Assembly: GCA_963668175.1 (NCBI GenBank)
Contig: OY764159.1
Location: 3,392,001 to 3,456,000 of the forward strand
Length of the DNA stretch: 64,000 nt
Source of the DNA: Syntrophales bacterium
GTDB lineage: Bacteria > Desulfobacterota > Syntrophia > Syntrophales > PHBD01
Direction: 5' to 3'
Positions 1 through 9,030 of the stretch are shown here, one piece after another. The notes below the pieces were generated by a model. That model did no database searches. It was given only the letters and a program-made list of their open reading frames with translations, and had not been told where the DNA came from. The translations under genes and the position numbers were made by a program. How positions within the stretch are numbered: position 1 is the first letter of the stretch; each line of letters begins with the position of its first letter.

Positions 1-1
1 A

Positions 2-82
2 CAAAGACAAAATGGATGCGTTTCTGTCCTCGAGACTGTGAGAGCATATTTTGACGAACACAATGCTGCTAAGAAGCAATAA
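2..82 (+). CDS. Possible 3' end of a CDS entering from the left edge (QRQNGCVSVLETVRAYFDEHNAAKKQ*)
   Basis: Open frame from the window start to TAA at 80-82; too short to assign a function. Confidence 0.3.
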   Translation, partial: QRQNGCVSVLETVRAYFDEHNAAKKQ

Positions 83-214
83 AATCTTCCTACCCCTCCG
101 AATATATAATACGTAAAGTAAGAGCAACGCGGCTCGAAGGTACGCCGTATCGGCTGCACAGGTACGTTAGGTAGCATTACGCTAGAATATAATCGATAAT
201 GCTGATCCATCGTC

Positions 215-1366
215 TTAGAGAGCAAGCACCGAGAATACTACACCGACGAGTATGATCCAGTGAAGCTCGACTCCGAAAAGCAGAGTGGCAAAAGCGCCAC
301 TGGACAAAAATATGCGGGGAAGGTCCCATGAGATGTTCAGGGCAAAGCGTATGGTCACGGACAAGAGCAGCCCTACGAAGGAATATAGCACTCCCCTAAG
401 CGCTCGATTGAAATACGGAGAATGACTCAGCCTGTCATAATAGGGAACCATTGTTACCAACATAAGGAATGACGGGAGAAAGATGAAAATCGTCGCTATG
501 ATCGCACCCGCGATACCGTCGCGGAGATAGCCGATGAACGTTGCTGTGATGACGATAGGCCCAGGGGTGATCTGGCCGAGAGCGATGCCATTCAGAAAAG
601 TGAGTCCATCCATCCAGTCATGCCTGTGAACAACTTCGTTAAACATGAGCGGTAGAGAAGAAAACCCCCCGCCGAAAGCGAACAGGTCAATTCTAGCCAT
701 CAAGAAAGCCAGATCGAACCATTCTCTTCGCATCAGAAATAGCAGAGCGAATGCCGTTGTCAGAGATGACAGAAGGTACACTAGAATCTTAGGGTCGTAC
801 GATTTCCTCTTCGATACAACCGCAACGGCTGCCGGTTGTTGACTGTCGAAACCGAAGCCGCAGAGGGCTGCGATGAGGATAACGAGGATGGGATGGATTC
901 CGAAACCAAACATCGAGGCAGCCAAAAGAGCGATGATCGCACCCTGCCAATTCGTCAGCCAACTCCTGCCGAACGTAAACGTTGCATGAGCTACGATGGC
1001 TACCACTATGGCCTGAAGACCGTTGAAACATGAGACGGTTACAGGTAATGTCCGTGTATGCATATACAGGGCAGAAAGAGCCATCATGATCAGGAAGGCT
1101 GGCAGACCGAAGCCGATGAAACTGGCAGCTGCTCCCCTCAGACCGTTAGATTGCAGCCCCACATAGGCCGTAACTTGCATGGCCGTGGCACCAGGAATCA
1201 TCTGGCAGAGAGTCACACCAGATCTGAAGGTCGAATCCTCCAGCCATTGTTTCTTCTCAACGACCATCGTGCGGATGTGAGCGATCATGGCCGGGCCGCC
1301 GAAAGCCGTCAAGCCGAGCCGGAAGAATGACAGAAAGAGGTTCCTTACCGTTGGCGTTTCGTTCAT
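215..1366 (-). CDS. chrA: Chromate efflux transporter (CHR family, long-chain)
   Basis: Duplicated CHR motifs FGGP...CQMIPGA and AFGGG...GQITPGP; many TM segments. Confidence 0.92.
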   Translation of the reverse strand: MNETPTVRNLFLSFFRLGLTAFGGPAMIAHIRTMVVEKKQWLEDSTFRSGVTLCQMIPGATAMQVTAYVGLQSNGLRGAAASFIGFGLPAFLIMMALSALYMHTRTLPVTVSCFNGLQAIVVAIVAHATFTFGRSWLTNWQGAIIALLAASMFGFGIHPILVILIAALCGFGFDSQQPAAVAVVSKRKSYDPKILVYLLSSLTTAFALLFLMRREWFDLAFLMARIDLFAFGGGFSSLPLMFNEVVHRHDWMDGLTFLNGIALGQITPGPIVITATFIGYLRDGIAGAIIATIFIFLPSFLMLVTMVPYYDRLSHSPYFNRALRGVLYSFVGLLLSVTIRFALNISWDLPRIFLSSGAFATLLFGVELHWIILVGVVFSVLAL

Positions 1367-1376
1367 CGATCGTCGC

Positions 1377-2615
1377 TTACAGTCTCCGGAGAATATCGAC
1401 GGGCTTCATCTTTTCCATCCGCCGGCCCATGAAATAACTTGCCAGCCAGCCCGCAGCAAGCGAAAGAGCCAGAGAAGCGGCCGTGAGACCGGCGGAGAAG
1501 CTGACCGGCAGACGGACTGTCTTCGCCACGGTGCCGGCCTCCTTAGCGAAAGCCGGTGTGAGATTCACCTCCCACGGCGTGGAAACGGGAATGGAAAGAT
1601 AGCCTAAGCTGTAGGAAATCAGATAACCCGCCAGAATGCCGACGATACCCCCGATAATGGATTGCAGGAAGACTTCACCCATGAGCTGTTTTTGAACATC
1701 GGAGCCCGTCCAGCCAACGGCCTTCAGAACGCCGATCTCCTGGGAGCGCTCGACCAAGTTTCCGAGCATGGTCTTGATGATCAGGAAAACCGCGCCGCAA
1801 AGGGCCACGAGAGATACGACCAGGGAAAACTGATCGGATATCCGCGAGACGCCGCCCATAACCTCTAAAAAGGAATCGGAGCTGGTCACGGTGAAACCGG
1901 GAAGCATCCGCAGAATGTCTTTCTTGGTCTGATTCAGAAGCGATGGATTCTTAAGACGCAGATAGACGATATTCACGCTCCCGGCACCATTCTCCAGGAG
2001 CGATTGGGCATCAGCCAGGGATAAATAGACGTTCGATGAAGCAATCTGCGAGCCCTCTTTTATCTCCAACAGGCCCACAATTTTAAATACATGGCCAGCA
2101 ATCGTCAGCGAATCTCCCAGCTGGCTGTTATGGAACTTGGCGTAGTGTTTTTCCAGAACGGCCTCGCCTTCTCTTTCAGGAAAACGCCCCTTGGCAAGCC
2201 AGTCTTTCACTTTGACGGGCCCCAGGCTCGGTTGTGTCAGGTCCACGCCCATGATTGTCCGGAAACCTCCCCGGTCGAACTCCCACAGGAGCAACGATCC
2301 GGCAATTCCCTCTGTGCCGGAAAGGCCTCGCAGCTTATCGATATCCTGGGAAGCCAGAAGCTGGCTGGAGAACGGCACTCTTACCCCGCGCATAGTCGGG
2401 GCGGGCTGGGTGGAGTCTGCCGTGCGCTTTTCCGGCCGCTGGATGACAAGATCGGCTCCCAGATTCTTGAAAGGCAGGCTGACTGCCTCCTGATAGGCGG
2501 TGGAAACAGCGTTAATGGACACGAACAGGGCTATCCCGACCGCGATGCCAAGCACGTTGACCAACGTCCGATGGCGATGATGACGAAGCTCGTTCAGTAT
2601 GTATCGATAATGCAT
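1377..2615 (-). CDS. ABC transporter permease, MacB/FtsX family
   Basis: N-terminal TM, periplasmic domain, C-terminal ERSQEIGVLKAVGW motif and three TMs. Confidence 0.9.
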   Translation of the reverse strand: MHYRYILNELRHHRHRTLVNVLGIAVGIALFVSINAVSTAYQEAVSLPFKNLGADLVIQRPEKRTADSTQPAPTMRGVRVPFSSQLLASQDIDKLRGLSGTEGIAGSLLLWEFDRGGFRTIMGVDLTQPSLGPVKVKDWLAKGRFPEREGEAVLEKHYAKFHNSQLGDSLTIAGHVFKIVGLLEIKEGSQIASSNVYLSLADAQSLLENGAGSVNIVYLRLKNPSLLNQTKKDILRMLPGFTVTSSDSFLEVMGGVSRISDQFSLVVSLVALCGAVFLIIKTMLGNLVERSQEIGVLKAVGWTGSDVQKQLMGEVFLQSIIGGIVGILAGYLISYSLGYLSIPVSTPWEVNLTPAFAKEAGTVAKTVRLPVSFSAGLTAASLALSLAAGWLASYFMGRRMEKMKPVDILRRL

Positions 2616-2622
2616 GGTCTCC

Positions 2623-3030
2623 TCATTTCTTGCGGGTTGCCTGATCCAGGGCTTTTCTAAGATCGGCCATCGTCCACTTGCCCTGGAAGAAAGCAGGGCC
2701 TGAGCCGGACGGGAAACCGGTGAAATTGATTTCCTTTCCCTTCAGGGGAAAGGACGATTTGCCGTCGATCCAGATGACCAGGGGCACGTGCTGACGGATG
2801 CCTTTTCGGGCCATGAAATTCTCCCCCTCGGGCGTATCGAAATCATACCACGATGCATTAACCTTATTTCCATATCCGGCCAAAACGGTCTTAATGTCCT
2901 TGATGGTGGACATAAGCGGACCGTGGTTCATATAGAGAATTTCAACGTTCGTGCCTTGCGCCGCACCGGCTGTTAAGGGCAAGCAAACGACGGCCAGCAT
3001 TAATGCACAGAACAAAACGATCTTCTTCAT
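2623..3030 (-). CDS. Exported hypothetical protein, probable thioredoxin-like fold without CxxC
   Basis: Signal peptide; HVPLVIWIDGK resembles the thioredoxin-fold cis-Pro region; embedded in the ABC operon. Confidence 0.6.
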   Translation of the reverse strand: MKKIVLFCALMLAVVCLPLTAGAAQGTNVEILYMNHGPLMSTIKDIKTVLAGYGNKVNASWYDFDTPEGENFMARKGIRQHVPLVIWIDGKSSFPLKGKEINFTGFPSGSGPAFFQGKWTMADLRKALDQATRKK

Positions 3031-3695
3031 GAGAGCACCTCCCCGTCCTGCATCCGGATGACCCGCTCGGCGGTCGCGGCTAGATCCGGCTCGTGTGTTA
3101 CCATGAGCATCGTCATGCCCTTCTCCTTATGCAGTTTGTTTAGAATTACCATGATGGCATCGCCGGTGGCTGAATCCAGATTGCCCGTCGGCTCGTCGGC
3201 AAAGACGATTTTGGGATTGTTGATGAGAGCCCTGGCGATGGCAACTCTTTGCTTTTCTCCTCCGGAAAGGGCGGCGGGCAGGTGATCCAGACGATGCCCC
3301 ATCTCCATCCGGTCGAGAATTTCCGACGCCCGCCGCTGTCGCTCCTCTTCCGGCATCCGGACGGGAAACAGGGGCAGCGCTACGTTCTCCCAGGCGGAAA
3401 GCGTAGGTATCAGATTGAAGGATTGGAAGATGAAGCCGACGTTCTCCCGGCGAAACAGAGCCAGTTCATCTTCCGTGGCTTCTGTGATCTCTCTGCCGTT
3501 GATGCTCACTTGGCCTTTGGTCGGGCGTTCCAATCCGGACAAGAGGGACAGGAGCGTCGTCTTGCCGCATCCCGACTTTCCCACCAGGGAAACGAACTCG
3601 CCCTCCCCTATCTCGATCGATACGTGCTTGACGACTTCCAGGTCACCGTAAGCCTTGGTCAGATTGGCGCCCGTCAGTATATTGGGTCTATTCAT
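3027..3695 (-). CDS. ABC transporter ATP-binding protein (LolD/MacB-like)
   Basis: Walker A GKSGCGKT, signature LSGGEKQRVAIARA, Walker B FADEPTGNLD, H-loop VTHE. Confidence 0.95.
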   Translation of the reverse strand: MNRPNILTGANLTKAYGDLEVVKHVSIEIGEGEFVSLVGKSGCGKTTLLSLLSGLERPTKGQVSINGREITEATEDELALFRRENVGFIFQSFNLIPTLSAWENVALPLFPVRMPEEERQRRASEILDRMEMGHRLDHLPAALSGGEKQRVAIARALINNPKIVFADEPTGNLDSATGDAIMVILNKLHKEKGMTMLMVTHEPDLAATAERVIRMQDGEVLS

Positions 3696-4938
3696 GCCTT
3701 AAAACCTCCGAGGGTTTGATTTTTGAAATGTGTCCGCCCAGGAGCATTCCCGTAACGCCCCCGATAACGGTTGAGAGCAGGATGGCAAAGGCGGCGAGCA
3801 ATATGGGGATATGGACCGGGAGGCGCAGCGTCTTAAAGAGCGGGTCGCCGCCACCGGGGAGGAAATGAGGTGTTGGACTCATCTCCCAAGGAATGGGGAT
3901 GTTGACCGTCAGAAATCCCAGCCCGAAGGCAGCAACCCAGGCGATCACCAATCCCAGAAAACCGGCGATCATGCACTGGATGACGGACTCCATCAGCAAT
4001 TGAGAAGATACATTGCGGTGAGTCCAGCCGACCGCCTTCAACACACCGATTTCCCTGGCGCGTTCGGTTATATTTCCGGCCATGGTCTTGAACGCGATGA
4101 GTACGGCGATCAGGATGGCGATAATGGATGCAACCAAAGTGAATTTATCCGACAACGCAAAAAGGCTCCCCAGCAGTTTCAGAAAGGATTCCGGTGTCGC
4201 CACGGCAGTCTTTTCCCCCAGAAGCCCTTTCAGAGCCGCTGCCACAACGGCCGTCTTTTCCTGATCCGCCTTTATGAAGAGAAGATTGACGTCTCCCGGT
4301 CCGAAAGGCGATACCGTCTGCAGCGGCCGGGATGCCATCGCCAGGCTCTGTGCTTCCGAGAGAGGCAGATAAAGATTGCCCACGGCGATCTTCGAGGCAT
4401 GGGATGCATCGACGATACCGACAACGGGATATTGTCTGCCGGACACGGTGATGGTGTCGCCCGGTTTGATGCCGAACTGCCGGGCGTAGGCCGCTTCGAC
4501 CATGGCCTCCGTCTTCCCTGCTTCCAGATAGCGCCCTTCTGTTACGAAGTTCTTGAGAATAGACGGCCCGATCGGATTATCCTGCTCGATTCCCAGGATG
4601 ATCCATGCCCTGTTCTTATCGAAAACCCAGAGGAGGACCGCCGTACCCATACCTCTGACGCCGGGAATCTTGCCGATTTCCTCCAGTTCTTTCTTGCGGA
4701 TGGTCACTGCGGAACAGGGAAAGACCGCTCCCGCCAATTCTTCGGGAACGTTGCCCGGCCGCTGGACGGTGATATCCGCCCCGATTTCCTTCAATGGCAC
4801 GCGTGCGGCCTCGTGATAAGCCATGGAAAGGGCATTCAGTATCACCAGAAGAGCAATGCCGATGGAAAGGCCGAGAACGGAAATGACGGTCCTTCTCTTC
4901 TGGTGATATAGTTCTCTGACAACATAAGATAAGTTCAC
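3688..4938 (-). CDS. ABC transporter permease, MacB/FtsX family (paralog of 1377-2615)
   Basis: ERAREIGVLKAVGW motif; same architecture as the other permease. Confidence 0.9.
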   Translation of the reverse strand: MNLSYVVRELYHQKRRTVISVLGLSIGIALLVILNALSMAYHEAARVPLKEIGADITVQRPGNVPEELAGAVFPCSAVTIRKKELEEIGKIPGVRGMGTAVLLWVFDKNRAWIILGIEQDNPIGPSILKNFVTEGRYLEAGKTEAMVEAAYARQFGIKPGDTITVSGRQYPVVGIVDASHASKIAVGNLYLPLSEAQSLAMASRPLQTVSPFGPGDVNLLFIKADQEKTAVVAAALKGLLGEKTAVATPESFLKLLGSLFALSDKFTLVASIIAILIAVLIAFKTMAGNITERAREIGVLKAVGWTHRNVSSQLLMESVIQCMIAGFLGLVIAWVAAFGLGFLTVNIPIPWEMSPTPHFLPGGGDPLFKTLRLPVHIPILLAAFAILLSTVIGGVTGMLLGGHISKIKPSEVLRHE

Positions 4939-5426
4939 CGATTACCTCCATGAATAGGGAATGCCGGATTCGCGGGATCATTATTGATGCTCGTCCGGAG
5001 CAGAGCGAAGAAGCGCTTCTGCTGCTCGGGAGTCAAAATCTCTTTTACCTGGATAAGATGCGCAACGACCTCTTTCTGTATGTCACTCTGGATGGCAGCC
5101 ATCTCCTTTCGCGATGACTCGACGCGGCTATGGTCGATTTCATCTTGCCCCAACAGTTCGACGAATTGATTCCTCTTCGCCTGCATGGACGATCCCAGTT
5201 CATCCAGACGTGCATGAAAAGACTTGGACAGCGGCGATATTTTTGCCAGTTGGTTATCCGACAGGCCGAGAGACTGAAAGATGTGACGGTCGTCTTTATT
5301 CAGGGGGCAATTAGCGGGTGCGGCGAATCCGAAATTACGATAATAGCGATATCCGACGGTCGCTAATACGGATGCATTGACGGCCAGCGACAGTATCAGA
5401 ATAATCAGTAAGGTCTTTATTCTCAT
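4935..5426 (-). CDS. Periplasmic heavy-metal sensor / Spy-CpxP-ZraP family protein
   Basis: N-terminal TM/signal; LGLSDNQ and ILTPEQQ LTxxQ motifs. Confidence 0.8.
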   Translation of the reverse strand: MRIKTLLIILILSLAVNASVLATVGYRYYRNFGFAAPANCPLNKDDRHIFQSLGLSDNQLAKISPLSKSFHARLDELGSSMQAKRNQFVELLGQDEIDHSRVESSRKEMAAIQSDIQKEVVAHLIQVKEILTPEQQKRFFALLRTSINNDPANPAFPIHGGNR

Positions 5427-5929
5427 TTTTGAAAACTCTCCGTAAGACTCGCCATTCGCAGATAACCGTCCCCCATGGTACCGGGAGGGACAGGAGCGAA
5501 CGCGCCGTGCGAATATGTGTCCATTGCCGACTGTGTGTATGCCTGGCTGTTCCGTTCAAATAGAGGCGAATCTGTCATCATGAAATTTCCCATGGCGGCC
5601 CCTAACGTCACGCCAATCAGAAGGAGGGCGAAGGTGGCGGCCGGCGCGGGGAACAGTTGCAGCGTCCATCGGGCCCATTGGAGGAAACGATGCTTGCGTG
5701 ATGCGTCGATCTTTTCGCGAACGCCTCTGTAAAAGCCGGCCGATGTCTCAATCTTCGGAAGTTCATCGAACGACTGCCAGATATCTTCCATCTCAGTATA
5801 AAAAACACGGCAGCGGCTGCACTCCCGCAAATGGGCTTCAACCAGGTTTCGCGCGCGTTCATCGTGTTCGCCGTCCTGGTAGGCTGCAAGCATTTTTTGG
5901 ATTTGATGGCAATTCTTCTTGGCTTCCAA
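5423..5929 (-). CDS. Zinc-finger (zf-HC2) membrane anti-sigma factor
   Basis: HLRECSRC (HxxxCxxC) motif followed by a single TM. Confidence 0.85.
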   Translation of the reverse strand: MEAKKNCHQIQKMLAAYQDGEHDERARNLVEAHLRECSRCRVFYTEMEDIWQSFDELPKIETSAGFYRGVREKIDASRKHRFLQWARWTLQLFPAPAATFALLLIGVTLGAAMGNFMMTDSPLFERNSQAYTQSAMDTYSHGAFAPVPPGTMGDGYLRMASLTESFQK

Positions 5930-5961
5930 TTCTTCCGGTCCTCATGGAGACTTTTACAGAC

Positions 5962-5992
5962 TTAAACGATTCATTTTCAAAAACCCTGCGGT
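5962..5992 (-). promoter_or_regulatory. Putative ECF-sigma promoter ahead of the anti-sigma/ABC/chrA operon
   Basis: Minus strand GCAGGGTTTT...TCGTTTAA resembles ECF -35 and CGT -10 elements; inference. Confidence 0.35.
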
Positions 5993-6076
5993 ATTTTTTC
6001 GTTCATCTTTACATTTCTGTGGCGAGCCGTTAGAGTTGTAGCGTGGCTCGATTCAGGAAGTGCGAAGGAGGCAGGG

Positions 6077-6457
6077 ATGGAGATTGTCACGACAGACCCT
6101 ATCGATCAAGGGAAGATGTTCGATTTGATCGGGAAACGCCTGGTCGGATCGATCCTGTTCCATTATGCCGTTGTTAAAGGCGAAGCCGGCGATAGACCTT
6201 CGGCGGGTATCCTGTTTGAGAGGAACGGGAACATGGAGGCGGAGATGGCTGGGATCAGGCAGGATGTAATGAGCCGATGGAACGTGACCGATCTCCTGCT
6301 CGTTCGCAGAATCGGAAAATTAAGGGTGGGAGATATCATATCCCTGGTCGCCGCCAGTTCACCGGCGAGCAACGATGCCTTTGAGGCCTGCCGTTATGGT
6401 CTGGAGAGGATAAGAAAGATGGTCAGCCTCAAAAAGACTGAGATGTTTCTGGAATAA
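6077..6457 (+). CDS. moaE: MoaE-like molybdopterin synthase large-subunit family protein (atypical)
   Basis: RRIGKLRVGDIISLVAASS...DAFEACRYGLERIRK...KKTE pattern of MoaE; AAGGAGG RBS. Confidence 0.7.
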   Translation: MEIVTTDPIDQGKMFDLIGKRLVGSILFHYAVVKGEAGDRPSAGILFERNGNMEAEMAGIRQDVMSRWNVTDLLLVRRIGKLRVGDIISLVAASSPASNDAFEACRYGLERIRKMVSLKKTEMFLE

Positions 6458-7070
6458 GGGAGTGGGCGGTTATAAAGGGCGAATCCGCGGCCTGGTCACG
6501 GTCAGCAGACAGCAGTTTTTCCCGCAACGTCTTTTTAGCCCGGACGAGGAGAGATTCGACGGCGGAGACGGAACAGCCCATGATTTTTGCGATCTCTTCG
6601 TAGGACAAGCCCTCAAACCTCTTCAAAACCACGGCGAGACGCTGGTTGGCCGGCAGGCTGCGGAGCGCAGCAGATAGCTGCCGGCTTTTTTCGGAAGCCA
6701 GCACGAGATCTTCCGGCGTGTTGAGCTTATCGGCGCAGGAATCGAACGAATCGTCTTCTGCAGAACAAACAAATTTCTGGCGGTGATGGGCCGATTTCAC
6801 AAGATCGAGGCAGAGATTGGCGGTGATGCGATAGGCCCAGGTGGTGAATTTCGCCTTGGGCTGATAGTTGGCGGCGGCCTGCCATATCCGGACAAATACC
6901 TCCTGGGCGAGGTCTTCCGCTTGGACATGGTCTCCGGTAAGGCGGAAGATCAGATTCAGAATGCGCTTACGATGGCGGCGTACGAGAACTTCAAAAGCAT
7001 GGGTGTCGCCTCGGGCGACTTCACCCATGAGTTCCTCATCAGGAAGTAATCTATCGTTGCCGTCCTTCAA
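6429..7070 (-). CDS. ECF RNA polymerase sigma-70 factor
   Basis: AEDLAQEVF and FTTWAYRITANLC (region 2); LSYEEIAKIMG...VESLLVRAKKTL (region 4). Confidence 0.92.
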   Translation of the reverse strand: MKDGNDRLLPDEELMGEVARGDTHAFEVLVRRHRKRILNLIFRLTGDHVQAEDLAQEVFVRIWQAAANYQPKAKFTTWAYRITANLCLDLVKSAHHRQKFVCSAEDDSFDSCADKLNTPEDLVLASEKSRQLSAALRSLPANQRLAVVLKRFEGLSYEEIAKIMGCSVSAVESLLVRAKKTLREKLLSADRDQAADSPFITAHSLIPETSQSF

Positions 7071-7102
7071 AATTCCAATCCCATAAAGTTGCTATTCCCG
7101 CG

Positions 7103-7582
7103 TCAGCTTCCGGTTCTGTTTTCGTTCTGCAGCTCTTTTCCCCAGCGGCAACCCGGGTTGTATTGACGCTTTCGTATGGCCGACTTAACTACGATTTGCT
7201 GTTCAGGGGTCAGAATCCCGAATACAGCGAGGTGGTATTCGTTCAGCCTGTCCCGTAACCGGTCCCGTGCCGCCAGGATTTCACCATAAGCCGTTTCAAT
7301 TGTGTAACGGTCCGGCGACTTCTTAAGCCAAAGAGCCCTCAGTGCCAGACGCCTCGCCCGAATGTCATCCTGAAGAGGTTTGATATTCTTGAAATGGCTT
7401 TCCTTAAGCAGCCTGATTTCGTCAATCTGGGCTGCCGTAAGCTGGAGATCCGTTATTCTCGAAATGTCGCTTTCGCTGCTTCGACTGCGGCGGATATATC
7501 TATCCTGATCGGCAGCATAAGTCAAAGTGGCTAACGCGATCACCAAGATAACAGTGGCAGTCTGTACACTTGTCTTTCTCAT
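7103..7582 (-). CDS. Spy/CpxP/ZraP-like periplasmic protein
   Basis: Signal peptide; LQLTAAQ and ILTPEQQ motifs. Confidence 0.75.
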   Translation of the reverse strand: MRKTSVQTATVILVIALATLTYAADQDRYIRRSRSSESDISRITDLQLTAAQIDEIRLLKESHFKNIKPLQDDIRARRLALRALWLKKSPDRYTIETAYGEILAARDRLRDRLNEYHLAVFGILTPEQQIVVKSAIRKRQYNPGCRWGKELQNENRTGS

Positions 7583-7613
7583 CCTTTTTGTCCGGGATAC
7601 CAGAGAATATCAC

Positions 7614-7629
7614 AGCAAGGTCCGTACCA
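7614..7629 (-). promoter_or_regulatory. Sigma-54 (-24/-12) promoter
   Basis: Minus strand TGGTAC-GGACC-TTGCT matches TGGYAC-N5-TTGCW, about 30 nt upstream of the ZraP-like gene. Confidence 0.75.
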
Positions 7630-7742
7630 GCGCCCGGTGATTACTTAACTTATTTGATTCACGGCCAAATCAGAAATTGCAGAACCTGAATCAATTGACG
7701 CATCTGAGAATTAAATATCCTTTACCGGTATCCAACTGGGTA

Positions 7743-8594
7743 TTAAGTATCCAGGACCAACCCTTCCAGAGTCTTCAGGACATGAACGGCGCAACAGGTA
7801 TTCTCCAGGGTGGAGATGCCGCCGTTAATTGCCCTGGCAAACCCGCCATTTCTGTTCTGACAGGCCATGATGAAATCGACGCAGGCTTCAAGGTATCTCG
7901 GGCGGTATCCGGCGATTTGCGACGCCGTCAGGCCGGCATCCAGAGATTCGAGACAGGATAGAGACGAACCGGGAATATCCGTAAAGCCGAACGCGGCGTC
8001 CTCACACCGGCGACTGAACGTTTCCGCCGCAAGGGATTCCACCGGATAGGCCAGACCTCCGAGCATGCGCAGGGCAAAGGCGGTGTCGGTCAACGTCGAG
8101 CGAGGATGGCCGAACCCGCCGTCACCGTTTCTGTATGCGAGGATCAGCCTGTTCAATCGCTCCCGTTGGCCTTCTTCCACTTCCGATTCGCGATAAAGGA
8201 GAAGGTTGACCAGGCACGCCGCCCGCTGAAACAGCGACGCGACCCCGGCGGGAAACCGGTCCGCATTGAGGCGATAACCGGCGGCGCTTTGGTCGATAAA
8301 GGGACCGGGATCGGCGTCGGGTTTGTGACCGAGGAGCCGCAGGCCGCCGATGGCATAGAATGCCGCATAGATGCCGTCATACGAACCGTCGGCGTTTTGC
8401 AGTCTCTTCAGAAACGCCGCGGTCTTTGCGTCCTGAAAGCCGACGTCAAGGAGATGAAGAACGGTCAGGGCATGGTATGTATCCGCACCGTTCGGCTCGT
8501 CCAGCCGGTAAAAGCAGAACCCGCCGCTTCCGCATTGCCGCGCCATGACGTAATCGACGATCCGGGACTTCAGCTGATGAATGATGTCATTCAA
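7743..8594 (-). CDS. Prenyltransferase/squalene-oxidase repeat protein (COG1689-like)
   Basis: Repeated QxxDGGF motifs (RQCGSGGF, LQNADGSY, YRNGDGGF, CQNRNGGF); likely TTG start at 8594 after a GAGGAG RBS. Confidence 0.75.
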   Translation of the reverse strand: MNDIIHQLKSRIVDYVMARQCGSGGFCFYRLDEPNGADTYHALTVLHLLDVGFQDAKTAAFLKRLQNADGSYDGIYAAFYAIGGLRLLGHKPDADPGPFIDQSAAGYRLNADRFPAGVASLFQRAACLVNLLLYRESEVEEGQRERLNRLILAYRNGDGGFGHPRSTLTDTAFALRMLGGLAYPVESLAAETFSRRCEDAAFGFTDIPGSSLSCLESLDAGLTASQIAGYRPRYLEACVDFIMACQNRNGGFARAINGGISTLENTCCAVHVLKTLEGLVLDT

Positions 8595-8610
8595 CAGCCC
8601 TCTCCTCTCA

Positions 8611-9030
8611 CTATTTAACGACAAGAACCGAACAGGGCGCCAGACGGACCAGGCTCTGGCAGGTGCTCCCCATGACGCGGTCATAGAGCGCCGAACGCCC
8701 CATGAACCCGATCACGAGCAAATCGAATCCGTATTTCTTCACGAACTCCACGATGGTCTTCACCTCATGGCCGACGATGATATGGACTTTAACTTCGACG
8801 CCTTCGCGGGCTGCCATCTCCCGTGCCTGTCTTCCCGTTTCGCGAAACCGATTGTCGGCCTCCGCCGTTTCTTCAATGACCTCGCCGATGGTTCCGGCAT
8901 ACGGGGGAACCTCCTCCACGGAGATAACGTGCAGCTCCGCGCCACACAGCTTCGCGAGGCCGATGGCTTCGTCAAGCGCCTTGAATGCCCCTTCTGATCC
9001 GTCCATACCGTGCAATATCTTCTTATGCAT
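8611..9030 (-). CDS. Universal stress protein (UspA family)
   Basis: KKILHGMDGS...DLLVIGFMGRS...MGSTCQSLVRLAPCSVLVVK. Confidence 0.92.
   Translation of the reverse strand: MHKKILHGMDGSEGAFKALDEAIGLAKLCGAELHVISVEEVPPYAGTIGEVIEETAEADNRFRETGRQAREMAAREGVEVKVHIIVGHEVKTIVEFVKKYGFDLLVIGFMGRSALYDRVMGSTCQSLVRLAPCSVLVVK

Noticed and set aside
3811..4911. 366-aa plus-strand ORF
   Set aside because: Antisense shadow of the ABC permease; no motifs. The same applies to other long antisense ORFs such as 8702-9529, 10857-11579 and 37694-38827.
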